DNA from: Lama glama
Lineage: Eukaryota
DNA: 64,000 nucleotides
Reading direction: 5' to 3'
NCBI GenBank assembly: GCA_028534125.1
Contig: CM052830.1
Location: forward strand, 20,770,001 to 20,834,000
In this document: positions 45,201-57,400 of the stretch, in pieces
How the letters are laid out: each line of letters begins with the position of its first letter
Numbering within the stretch: position 1 is the first letter of the stretch
Made by a program: the position numbers and the translations under genes
Notes under the pieces: model-generated
The model's database searches: none
Seen by the model: the letters and a program-made list of their open reading frames with translations, nothing else
Told to the model about the DNA's origin: nothing

Positions 45201-47829
45201 GGCAGTGCTGTTCCTCAGAACAGTCACCTCAGAGAGCAGCTGCCACACGGTTTTAAGCCTCCGTTTGTGAACAGCCTTCAGAGTTTGCCCTGTTTTCATC
45301 TGAATCTCTCCAAGGGTCGTAAATCTTCAAATGTAAAGGGTGCATTTACTTTTAGAAATGGTCACTGATGGAGGCAAGCCAGGAGAACAGGATGAAGTGA
45401 CCCGGCTGTTCACACTGACTCTGTGTGAAGATGAGGCGTGGCCATAAACCATGACAGATTCTCTAGTGTGGCTCAAACTGCCCCAGAGAGGAATTACAGA
45501 TGCACTCTGGGTAGTCACTGGACTAAAGGTCTGGTCATTTGAGACGGCTTATTTGAAAGACTACAATATCAGAGGTAGAAATTTCATCAAAAATTCGCCT
45601 TTTTACAGTCACACAGAGTGACTGTTATGCTGAGAACTGCTCAGGGCAGAAGGAAACAGGTAGACGGAGGACCTGAGAAGACAAGGAAGGAGCAAAGCAG
45701 CATTTCAAGTCCCAAAAGTGACCTCTTCCCAGCACCTCTGGAGAGAAACCTCAGGCCAGGGATGCACTGGAACTCCAGTGATGGCCCCCGTGGTCCTGCT
45801 CTGTGGCCCAGCCCCACTCTGGGCACGTGGGGGTCATGCTTCCCTTCACCCGGGCCCCTGGGGCGTGGTCCCGGGGGTCAGTGGGTTAGGGGAACGAGGC
45901 TGGCCCTCTATGAAACTGCTAAAAGAAGCCCCCTCAGTACCAACAGAAACAAAGCCCAGGCCACTCTGTGAGCCAGTTCTAGATGGCTTTCACACGGTAT
46001 CCAGACAATCTAGATGTAAAACCTGCCCTGGCTTTGTATTCTTTCAACAACTGAGAGAGAGGCAGGGTGCTCAGGCTGGTCTGTCTCTGCAGTCCGCTCT
46101 GCGCTTAGTGGCCTGGTGGCCAGCTCCCTCGTCCCAAGGAGACTCAACTACGAAGAGAAGAGGAGAAGGCCTTTTCACTGAGTCTCCTTGCCTGAACAAG
46201 TAAGAGAACCAGCACATTATACTGGGGGGTGGGGAACGACATACTCAGGCCCCAGTTTTCCTGTCTGTCTGAAATGAGGAATTTGGACTCGATGACTTCC
46301 AGTTCTAAAGCCCTACGAATCTATGAATAAAAACTTAAAAGTTGATAGTCATGATTATTACCAAAGGGAGGCGACCTGGTTATAGGAGCTTGCTTGAATT
46401 ACAGAATAAAGGTGCTAAGTGACCCTGAGATGGATGGCTTGGGATCTGCTATGAAGGACCCGTGTGTGGCTTAAATTCAAGTCCATAAGCAACTGTGGGA
46501 AAGGGGGGAGACTCTGACCTGCTCTCTGGGCTGGATTACATCTCCTCTAAAAAGGTTCTTCACCTGAGAGGGGACAGACCTCTGCCCACAATAACGGCAA
46601 AAGCAACCTGCAGAGAACCAGGAAGGAGGCCAGCAACCACTGCAGGGAGCTCTTTGTGGGTCACCAGTGCTGGCCCTGCAGGAGGCCGAATCTCTGCCTC
46701 CATCGAGCCTCCCAGAGGGGACGGGGCACCTGAAGGGGAAGCCTGTGGACTGTCAGTCACTGCTATCAAAGCAGGAGCTGGGATTGAGAGTAATTCATCA
46801 TGCTCCCTCTGACAGGAATCCAGGGCCTTATCTGTACCCCAAGAAATGCCGCTGGTCTCCAGTTCCCTCCTCAATAAAGGAGACTGACAGTTCCAACAAA
46901 GAGGCCCCTTATCAGATTTCAGCCAGGGAGCCTGAGGCAGCCCAAGGGACGATGCAGAAAAGGCTTTTACGAGGGCCCTGGACTCAGTGAAGCTGCGAGG
47001 GCTCCTGGGGTTTTAACCCTTGGTGGTGGGGCTGCCACTGCACACCGGCACTAGCAGGCCAAGCTGTGAGCAGGAGCTGGCAGTGCAGATGGAGCCAAAC
47101 AAAAACTGCTCCCCAGCACCTGGCTCTCCTGAGACTGCGGAGACAGGGCAGAGTTGGGGGGAAGGCAGAGTGAGGAGTCTCCTCCGGCACTAGAGACAAA
47201 GATGGGAGATGGCAGGAGTGCTGGGGGCAGGGCCATTTCCTTCCCACCACACAGAACGGGCACATTCCAGTGAAGACCAGAAGCAATCAGGGGGCAGGGA
47301 CCCCAGACAGAGTCGCATGGCTGCCTTCCTGCCTACTGGTCAGGAGTGGGGACCCAGGACCCAGGGTGTGGCCCTGCCAGGGACCCTCACTGCTTTTTCC
47401 TGGCTTTGAAAAGATCATTAATCATTTCCATAGCCTGTCAAGAGAGCTGGGCGGCCGACCAGGACGCCGAGGAGAGTGAAGATCCATGCTAAGTGCAAGC
47501 AGACAGGCAGGGAGGACTCCTGCTCACTCCTCTGCACATTAATGCTTGTCCTGCTCTAGTCCTGCTCCCCAGCAACAAGCAGAGAAACGACTCATGATTC
47601 CCACCCCCCACCCCTGACTTGTTCACGGAGAAAACGCCTCCCACCGGGAAACTGAACAGCAGGGTCTGGCGGCGCGCCGTGCAGTGCGCGGTCAACTGCT
47701 CCCCAAGACAGGGCAGAGGCAAGGACGCACAAACCCCCTAGCACTGCGCTGCCACATATCCGCCAGCCCTCTGCCCCATTTCCCACTGAGGGGTCCAAGT
47801 GATGTGGAGTCTAGCGCACTCATCTTAAA

Positions 47830-48430
47830 TATACAGCCCGCCAGAGCTTTACTTCTTTATACTCGCGTGTAACTATTCCTCAGATCAAAACACAGAACAT
47901 CTCCAGCACCCCAAAGAACCCTCCTGTGCCTCTTCCCCATCAGTATCCATCCTCTATCCCTCCCCTCCCAGGAGGTACACATTCTTTTGACACGTACCAC
48001 CAAGGTGACTTTCTTGAACCTGACATCCGTGGAAGCACATAGTATATATTCTTCTGTTTCTGGTTTCTTTTGTTCGACATTAGGTCTGGGAGAGTCACCC
48101 CAGCTGCGTCCAGCAGGAACTCAGCTCTGCCGCTGCTGGGTGGTATCCAGTGCAGGACTACGCCACCACTGGGCTATCCATTCTAGAGCTGATGGGCATG
48201 GGAGTTCGTTCCAGCTTTTGGCTATAATGAACGGCGCTGCTGTAACTGTTCTCACTTGTGCCCCTCAGGAAACATAAGCTCTCATTTCTGTGGGGGCTCC
48301 ACCAGCAGTGGAACTGCTGGGTAATGGGCTTGGCCTATGTTTAGCTTGCGTAAACACTGCCAAACAGATTCCCAGTGGTTATGCCCATTTATATTCCCCC
48401 CAGCAATGCGTGCAAGCTCTGTAGGCACCA
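47830..48430 (-). mobile_element. Old L1M-type LINE-1 3' fragment
   Basis: Antisense L1 phrases: cagaacatctccagcaccccaaagaaccctcctgtgcc; ttccagcttttggctataatgaac...gctgctgt; gtggaactgctgggtaatggg; actgccaaacag. Confidence 0.7.
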
Positions 48431-51400
48431 CAGCCGGAGAGGCTGATCTTAAACCCATTCTCCCCTTCTTGACACTCTAGCTCAGATGAATTGCTTTAGG
48501 TGAAGTTCAACAGTACGTGCAGTGCTGTATTTTCCTGTGGCCAACAATAAAATTATGGTTATAGCTGTGCTATCTCCTTCCATAAAAACTGTATTCAGAG
48601 AAGCTGGCCAAAGAGTTAGGAGGTGGGTTGTCAGGTCTTCTCTGCTTCGCCTGCTGCTGATCAACACACCTGTCTGGTGTCTCCAGGAATGGGGGTGGAA
48701 GGCTGGCTGGGGAGAGATGCAACAACTCAAGGGCCTTCAGGCCTGGGCACTGCACACCTGTCTGAGCTTCCACTGCCGATCCATGTCCCTAGCCTCTCCA
48801 GACCCAACAGATATCCACACAGGATAAGTGGGTCAAACTCTCCCTTCCAACTTTTCCTACAGCAAGCCTTGGCCGATTTACTGAATACTGGCTCACTTTA
48901 GAACAAAGGAGGCAAAACTATCAAACCAATTTTACCAAGTGCTGGAAGTACCAATAAAGGATTTTGAAGAGGAAGAGGCTGAATTTAAAGACAAAAGTGA
49001 GCTATTCAAATTAATCATGCCTTTCAAAAACCAGGATCCCTTTCCATTATCATGGATAAATGGGTAGTTACAGAGTATTTAAATGACTATTAAAAGTTGG
49101 GGGGAAAACCCCCCAGTATTTGAACAGTGGTTAGATCACCTGGGGAGAAAAAAAGATCTAGCCAAAAACAAAGGGATAATCCCAAGACAAAGATTTGCAT
49201 TTTGGACTTTCATTTGGGGATAAAGTTAGAAAATGAAACCCCAAAGCCTATTTTATCTGACAAACATATTTCAGTTTATCAGGAAGAGTGTCCAAGGTAC
49301 AGATACAAATAATATACAAGAAACACCCTCCACCAAAAGGCAAAGCAATATATGTCAGGAACATTTCCTTGCCTGAGATGGACAGATAAGCACACAACAG
49401 AAGGAAAAACACTCAAACTGCACTTTGAGGCAGACCAAGCCTTTTTCCCACAGTAAATTCTTTGTATATACACATCAAAAACAGATCCAACAATCCATTT
49501 GGGAAAACCAAGGTCAGTTCTCAGCCTTGAACAGAACCAGTGGGGGAGGGAGGGGAGTTCTCCAGCAAGGTCTTGACAAACTTGTCTTCAAGGCACCAAG
49601 CAGGTCCTTAGCCTAGTGTGCAGAGCTGGGGCAGGGGCTGGAGGGGACAGCCTTGCTCGTGGGCGCTCTGGGTGCGCGCTACTAAGATGCTGCTGTGAGG
49701 GCTTCTGTCTCCTGTGTCCCCACTCCCACCCCATCTTGCCTCGACAGATGGCAGCCTCTGTGAACTGTCCCATCTGCCGTTCCCTGAGACGAAGACTTCC
49801 TGCATGAAGAGTTCTACCCCATGTTACTCAGCTAGAGCTGTCAAGACCCTACAGGACACTGGCCTGTGGAGGTGGGCCACACACGCCGTGGGACTCAAGA
49901 AGGCTGGAGGAGAGACGAGGCTTGTCCGCTCCCCGACGGGAAGCGATGCAGCCAAGCCTCTCAAGGGCAGCCAGTGCAGGGGAGGGAAAGAGCCCTGGCC
50001 CGGGGCTTAGGAGACCAAGTGCTAAATCAGCTCTGCCAGAGGCCTCCGGTGAGCCACTCAACCTGGAGGCAGATTCTTCCCCGCTAACGTGATAACCTTT
50101 GCCCTCTCTACCCCACAGTGCTGGAGCCTTGGGGAGCAGCAGATCAGATAATGGGCTGAAAGGTTCTATAAAGTACACAGGATAATAATAATAAAATTAA
50201 CAGCAAAATCATCTTCCTTCTCTTTGATGAAACCACACTTCTGTTTCACCGCCTGGGGAACAAGAGAACAAGCTCTCTTCCTCCCTGATGAAGGAAGAAT
50301 GGAATGGTTTATAAGCCTTCCCTTAGGAGATTTCCCCACCCCAACCTCTCCCCCTGGAAAATCTACCAGAGAAAGATACCTCAGAAACCACTCACAGTGA
50401 GTTAAATTAGCCAGAGAATTTTATTTACAACTGTTTGGATTTATTTTTGGAAATAAATGTGTGTGTTATATACACACCCACACACATGAGTGCACGTGGC
50501 AAAAAGTGAGCAGAAAGGGTCTCACAGCCCTGAAATCTAACCCATCTTTCCTAGAGAAACATTTGGGGAGAAAGCACATCAAAGGCAACTTGTTTAATTC
50601 AATTTGGCTTCAGCCAGCAAAAGAGGAACTACATCAAGGAAAGGAGAGAAGCATTTGGTTTTGGGGGGTCCTTGGTGTAGTTTTTATACAACTATTTTGA
50701 TAGAAAATTGCTCAAGGGCCTTTCCTTCTATATTTGGTCAAGGGAGGCTCATTATCTGTCAGTAGCTCAACAGACACAATGGTGGACACGTAATACAGAA
50801 CAGAGAACTTGGAAGAACCTTCCAGATTGACTCTAACCTAACTGAACCCTCTCATTTTACAGATAAGGAAACTGCAGTCCCCAGAAGAGGAAGGATTTGC
50901 TCAGGATTGTGGAGAAGGGGGAGATGTTAGCCCTGGCTTCACCTTCCTCCGTCCAGAGCTCTTTCCCCCTCTGCATGCCTCCTGACAGGCTGCAGTGGCC
51001 ATTTCCAAGGCAGGCAGGACACGGGTAGCCAGACAGGGCACTGCCTGGCCTCTGCTCAGGCGCCTTCTGGGGGGCGTTGCTCTGCTGGTGGGGGAGGGGT
51101 CACGAAGGTGCAAGTCACCCGGTCTGGCCTAGAAATCAAGGTGCCGGAGCTGAAAGGCCCATCTGCTGCAGTCAATTCACCTAAACATGTTAACAGCCAG
51201 AGAGACCCAGCACAAAGCAGTTAGGCCTGGCCCCTCTCCCACCGGACAGCCGTTTTATCACCTGCAGCTGCGGTCACTCGGGGCCGCCTGCTGCGCGCTG
51301 CCTCCCCTGGAGCCTGGCCCACTTCCTCTGCGCTGCGGCCTGCTGTGTCAGAGCTGCCTGACCACTCACGGTCCAGGTGGGCGTCACCGGGCCTTTCAGA

Positions 51401-52016
51401 CTCAGGCCACTTTCAGTGGCTCCTTTGAAATCTACTGCTTATCCTTCATAATAGCTCTGGAAGATGAGTCGCTGACGTGCCGCTGGGGTACATGAGGCAT
51501 CTGCTTGGACCCAGCTAGCTAACAGGATCGGGCTCCTCAGTGCCCCAGACACTTCAATTTGGGAGTGACAAAAAAGCCTGGCTCTGATGACACTCCTATG
51601 TGTTAGCTTCAACAACCTGGCTATGTCATAGACTGGAGTGCTAATGCTTGGCCAAGTACCACTCTTCACAGTCTGGTGCCAGCTGATTCATCCGAGCCAC
51701 AGACAAGGGTTCTTCTAGCCGTGCCTGGGCCACGCACATCACGCAGGCCACCGCATTTCCAACCCAACTCCCATCACCTCCACTGTGCTCGGCTGTGTGT
51801 ACGGCTCCTCTGAGGCCTTCCCTGCACTCTGGCCCATGGTGGGGCCCCAGCACCCACTCCTTTGGCACTCAGCCACAGACGGGGCACTCACCCTATTATC
51901 TGACACAGGCCCTGCTGCCCTCAGGCACTGCTACCTGAGTGGAGGTAAGATGATTTTCCTGAAGAGTTTCTCCGCAGAGGAAGGTTTTGATTTTCATCTT
52001 TCCCATCCTTCTGTGG

Positions 52017-52167
52017 CAGTGGTTCTCAATGGGGGGCAATTTTGTCCCCCAGGAAACATTCATAATATCTGAAGACATTTTTGGTTGTTAAGACAGGGGG
52101 GCGCACCCCCACTCCAACAAAGGACTATCCAGTCCCAAAAGTCAATATGCTGAGGCTGAGAAGCCTG
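52017..52167 (+). mobile_element. MER20 (hAT-Charlie) DNA transposon, internally deleted
   Basis: cagtggttctcaatggggggcaattttgtcccccagg...gacatttttggttgt at the 5' end and caaaggactatccagtcccaaaagtcaatatgctgaggctgagaagcctg at the 3' end match the MER20 termini as I recall them. Confidence 0.8.
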
Positions 52168-54131
52168 TTAGAGCAATTAGCAAGGAGCAAAACTGACTTG
52201 ACTGTTGCCCTTCTGTTTGGCGATGCCAGCAAATAGTGAAATACCTAACATAAGTGCTGGAGGCAGAAAAAAGATGGATCCAAGGCCTGAATAATCATAA
52301 ACTGACATGATCAAAGAGAGTCACTTACTCCTGCTCTGGGTTCACCCCGGAACAGACTGGATGGCAGCCTGGCGGGCCCCAGTGCTGCAGAGCAGCAAGA
52401 CACTTAGCACACAACACTCCCCACTGCTGACCTCCAGTTCCAGGGCAGCTCGCCTCTCCGTGTCAGGCAGCTGAGGCAGGAAAACCAACAGGACTGCTCA
52501 TTCGGCAAACGCGTCCTGAGCCCCTCCCTGCCTGGCCCCGTGTTAGTACTGGGGACATGGAGAAATGACAAAGTGGCTGTCCTCAAGGAGCTCCTAGTCT
52601 AGTGGGGACATACAGTAGTAAATAAACAATTACTGACCTTCACTCTTGGATAGGCGGATATAACTCCTATTTTCCTTTAAAAATCCTTCTGGGAAAGGAG
52701 AAAAGCAATAAAGCAGAAAGGAAGCAGCAGAGCCACACCTCGGATTACAATCCGCATTGCTAGGGCAGGCCCTCTGAGACGAGATCGGCTCCTGGGCTGC
52801 GCCAGCTGGGCTTGCGGAGCTTGTAAATAATTAAAAGGTAATTGGAAGGGGAGACCGAAGCATTAAGTGGATTTCTCTCTCTCAGGGTAACCAGGGAGTT
52901 TCGTTGCTGCCAGTCACATTATCTTTCAGGATTATATTCTTGTTTTGTACTGACGCATGCAGCTCCAGATAACAGTTGGAGGAGTAAACTAATTAGAGCT
53001 GCTCAGACTGCTTTGATAGGCTTGGAGATGGGGGAAATTGAGACTCAAAACTTTCGACTGCCTTTGTAAGCAAACCAGCAGTAACAAGCATGCTACTAAG
53101 AAGGCAATATGGCTCTGGCAGGTAAAGGAAGGGGAAGGAGGGGGATGGAGGGATGGATCAGACCGGTGTGGGGAGCGGAGGGGAGGGAGAGGAGTTAACT
53201 CAATATTTAGTTGTTGGGGGCTGTCATTATAGCTCAGACTAGGAAAAAAGGGAGGATTTCATTCCCAGGTCTCAAATAAAGGAGCTAACACAAAATCTAA
53301 GGGATGCATGATCAGGCAGGGTCCCAGGGAGGCTGCTGGTCCTGAGGGTGATGGAGGAGGAGCTACACAGGTTGCTGAGGATCATCTCCTAGAGAGGCTG
53401 GGGTTCTGGCTGTGCTTTCTGAGGGCTGACCTGGTTGGTGAACCCACTGCTATGACAGGACATAGAGTCAGAAAGTTGAGTCACTGGGCTCAAGACACTC
53501 CATGGTCCAAAGTGGAGATGGTTGGGGGTGGGTGGAGTGGGGAGTAAGAAGGAGAGAGGGACAGAGAAGTGAGAAAGTGCATTGTAAAGCAGGAGTCCGT
53601 GTACCCTACATTTACACTGCAGAGCACCCCAACCAAGCCAGCAAATGCCAAAATCAAAGAGCCAATGGATAAGAAAAAGAGAGTTAGCCTTTCCTTTCCA
53701 TGGATCGTTTCAGACCCTCCCAACAAATCCTGAGGTCTTCTATTCTTTCATTCTAAGCCTTTATAAGGCTGGGTGCACCAACAGGAAGCCCCACATACTA
53801 GTTTAGGTGATGTCCAGGGCTGCTATAAGGCTAAGAAAAAAGTAGATTTGAATTTGAAATGACTCCAGAGAGCAATTAATCAGAAGAAGAGTGACAAAAA
53901 TAAAGCAGGACCAAATCTGGATGATCACTCCATTCATTTTCTACCCAGGCCCTCTCCGCCCTCTTCAATCTGGTTGTCAGTTACTTGGCTAAGTCCCGGA
54001 CCAGGAGGCTCTTGTCCTCCTGGGATAAGATGCTGGTACTCTGCAGGGAAGATGGCTAACAGTGGTCGGCACACAGTAGGCACTCAATAAACATTCACTG
54101 AATTGAAATGATGACTAGACTGCACACTCAC

Positions 54132-54204
54132 CCCTCTTCTGCATAAAGACGAAGAGGTCGTCCAGGAACTCTTTCCTTTCCGGATCACCGTCCAGTTCAT
54201 ATAG
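54132..54204 (-). CDS. ARID3B: ARID3B exon 4 (start of ARID domain)
   Basis: ttgcAG|CTA acceptor, AGGG|GTGAGT donor; LYELDGDPERKEFLDDLFVFMQKR. Too short for the ORF track. Confidence 0.96.
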
Positions 54205-54411
54205 CTGCAATCCCGATCCCCCCAGGGGAAAAAAAAAAGCACAGTGAAAAATTCCGTCTTATGCAGGAAGTCTTATACCAGAGATACACAGCCATTGGAG
54301 TGACTACAAATGAGTCTCATAGGCCACTCCTCTCCTTATTCCTTGGGGATCAGATACAACAACCCACTGCAGAACTGCCCCTTTCATTATCACAAAGGGA
54401 ACATTACAGAC

Positions 54412-54483
54412 CTTGGCAAAATCTCGAGAGATCTCTCTTCCCCGGCCTCCATCCGCATCATCACTCCAGGCCAAACCACCATT
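54412..54483 (-). CDS. ARID3B: ARID3B exon 3
   Basis: cctttAG|AAT acceptor, AAG|GTCTGT donor; NGGLAWSDDADGGRGREISRDFAK, phase 0-0. Confidence 0.93.
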
Positions 54484-57400
54484 CTAAAGGGGAACAAAGC
54501 ACAGAGTTCAGAAGAGAGTAGGACCAGAGTGAAAGCAGGCAAGGCAGTCATTCAGGGTGCAGATGAAGATCCTTAGCAACCATGCTCTCCTGGCTCCCTC
54601 TGCCACATCTTGCTTTTATGCTTTCAATTATGGTTCCAGAACCAGAGCGAGTCAGGTGGAAGAATCATCTCTGTCTGCTGGAGGTGGGTGGGTGGTACTT
54701 ATACCTGATCCTGGAGGAGGAGGAGGACACAAAGGCCCAGTTTTCTGAGAACTGCTCATCCCTAGCTGATCTTCTGGAAGCCATCACTCTGAGATGTACC
54801 ATCTTTCTTCAGATTCTGTATGGCATATGTTCGTATGTTTTATGGTGTGTTTGTTGTATATTATACAGTATGTTGTGAAGATACCTCGCCTGGCTTCCCA
54901 CACGGCATTCTAAGTGGAAGATAGAGGGAGCAGGAAAAACACCTCAAAGATCTTGTGCTGTCCCAGCCAAGCCTCACCACTAGAAGCTCCACCTCTAGTG
55001 ATCAGAACTCCCTAGTGATACAAGGGCCCCAGGGCCTGAGATTATTCCCAAGGTACAGAGACTCTGCCACTAGGGTGGAGTTCCTTTTCATTAGAGAAAT
55101 AATAAAAATCTAATTTAATTGATTAGGTTAAACTAACACCATTTAGCTGAACTGGAGGAAGTGCAAATATGCTTCTGTTTTATGTTCTTGAAATCTACTT
55201 CCGACCTTCATTCAGTCGGGTAACTCTTACTCCTCACATCAGGCACCATCTTCTGCGGGAAGCCTTCCCTTCACACCTGGCTGCATAAGTACTCTGGAAG
55301 CACTCTCCGTACATTTCAAGCTTAGAATCTCATAGAATTATCTGTCATCCCCATGTACTGTAAGCCCCTCGAGAGCCAAGTGTATCATTCATCTCTGTAC
55401 CTCCAGTGCAAGCACACTGCCTGATACTTACCAGGCCCCAGTGAATGCTTGATGAACTATAATCATTGTGAAAAGGCATGAACTGGTTATGTGAACCAGT
55501 GAAGCACCTCTTCCAAAAACATACAGATACATGTGTCATACAGGACAGCCCACAAGGCCCTCTGCTAGTGGGGAGGATGACATGCCAGAGCAGACGTCAC
55601 CCGTTCACCCTGCCCCACCGGTCAGGGGAGGACCCAGTGGATGGACTGGACACACTGAGCTGATCACTCTCTCATTTCTCCCCCAGGACCACAGGCGCAC
55701 CCACATGCACGAGCACATGCATGTGCCTCCCAGCTGGCTGGGGAGGAACATCTGGGGTTAGGGAGCAGAGGTTTCTCGGGAGGACATTCTTTGGACTGCA
55801 CAGGGATCTCATAAAACTGTGTCAATAAAATGAAAGCCTGGACTAATTCCATTCTCTCCCACTGCCCCTTTTAGTAAAGATTGCCTGAAAGCAGGAGGTA
55901 TTATTCAGTTATATTTTGGGACCACACGTTGCTTCCCCCACACAAAGCTGGCTCTGAGATATAGACCCACTTTCTGAGAGCAGCGATTTAGCACACACGG
56001 AAGTATAACCAAGAAGTGGCACCCTGTCAGTTGACATGAAACAGGCTACATCAAGTTGTTTCCCTGCTTATCTAGTAAGAGACTTGTGTAAGGAAGTGCT
56101 CAGGAAATGCTATCTGACTGTGTGCTCATCGTCTCCCCAGGCAGATGCTGCAGAAATCTTCCCACAGCACCTTCAGCTCAGGGAGGCCAACAGCCAAGCA
56201 GGAGGAACACTATCTTAAAAAAAAAAAAAAAAAGCTAAAACCCATCCCCATGTTGTAATTACAGTCAACAGAAATCTGGTGTCATCTGGTGGCAACTAGC
56301 ACAATGAATAATCAAGATGAATTATGCCTGTCAGGTCAGCAAAACCAGACAGAGTTACAGTCCCCTTTCAAAGGCTGTAGCAGGTCACCCTAATGCCCAG
56401 TGATTTCATTTGAGCCAGTAATTCCTGCTGGAAAGTCAATTACCCAGGAGCCCCTATTGGCTGAAAGACATTTAATGGGGGATCATTGCTGCTTCTGTTA
56501 TGTCAGCTGTTTACTGAGGCAGCTCAGTTCCCAACTCGATTTTTTTCTCTATTGGTCACCAAGAGAGATGAAAACACAGAGTTTTACAAATCACGGTAAC
56601 ATCCAGGCACTCTGAATGCTCACTCAGAAACTATTTAACACTCAGTTGGGTGGGGAGGACAGAATCCACAACCTAGAATCTCAGACAGGGCTTTCCACAG
56701 CAGGAGAGAAGTGTAAAAACAAGCAGGCCAGTGCCACCAGGGTGTGACTACGTGTGAAAATAAACACCCGGGTGCGAGGGCTCAGCTCCGGGAACAGAGG
56801 AGAATGCCTCGTAGGATGGGGGTGGGGGCTGTCGTGACCCCTTTGCTCTCACCAGCTACAAACTACAGCACAGGGGCAGTGGTCAGATAGTGCACTCGCC
56901 ACAGCCCACTAAGTTTGAAACACTCAGATTAAAAATCTGCTTAAAGATGGGATTCTAGCCTGGAATGGCCCTAGCGCAGTGACCACACAAGACAGGACAC
57001 TTGTCAGAACAGGATGCAAATAAGACACTACAGTTTTTCAGCAATCCCACTGTTGGACCCATTCCACAGATAAGAATGTCAGTTATGACTTAAAGAAAAC
57101 ACAGGAAAAGAGTTGTCCATGAATGAAGGTGTTTTCTTCTGTTCAAGGCAAGACTGGGTCATTACTTAGTTTAAAACATTCACTGGGGCTGATGGGGAAA
57201 TGTCCACTCTCTTTGCATTACTTTGTCTTGGGGCAGTTAAACTTGGACACGGCTTCACAGGATTTTCTGGCTCAGGTGAGAGTAATTCCGGAGCCCTGCC
57301 CGCCCTGAACCACAGTCCAGCTGGAATGCCATTTCCTCCAGGAAGCCTCCTGCCTATGCCCACCAGCGTCTTTCTCCTCTGGGCTGTGTCACCTTGTGTT

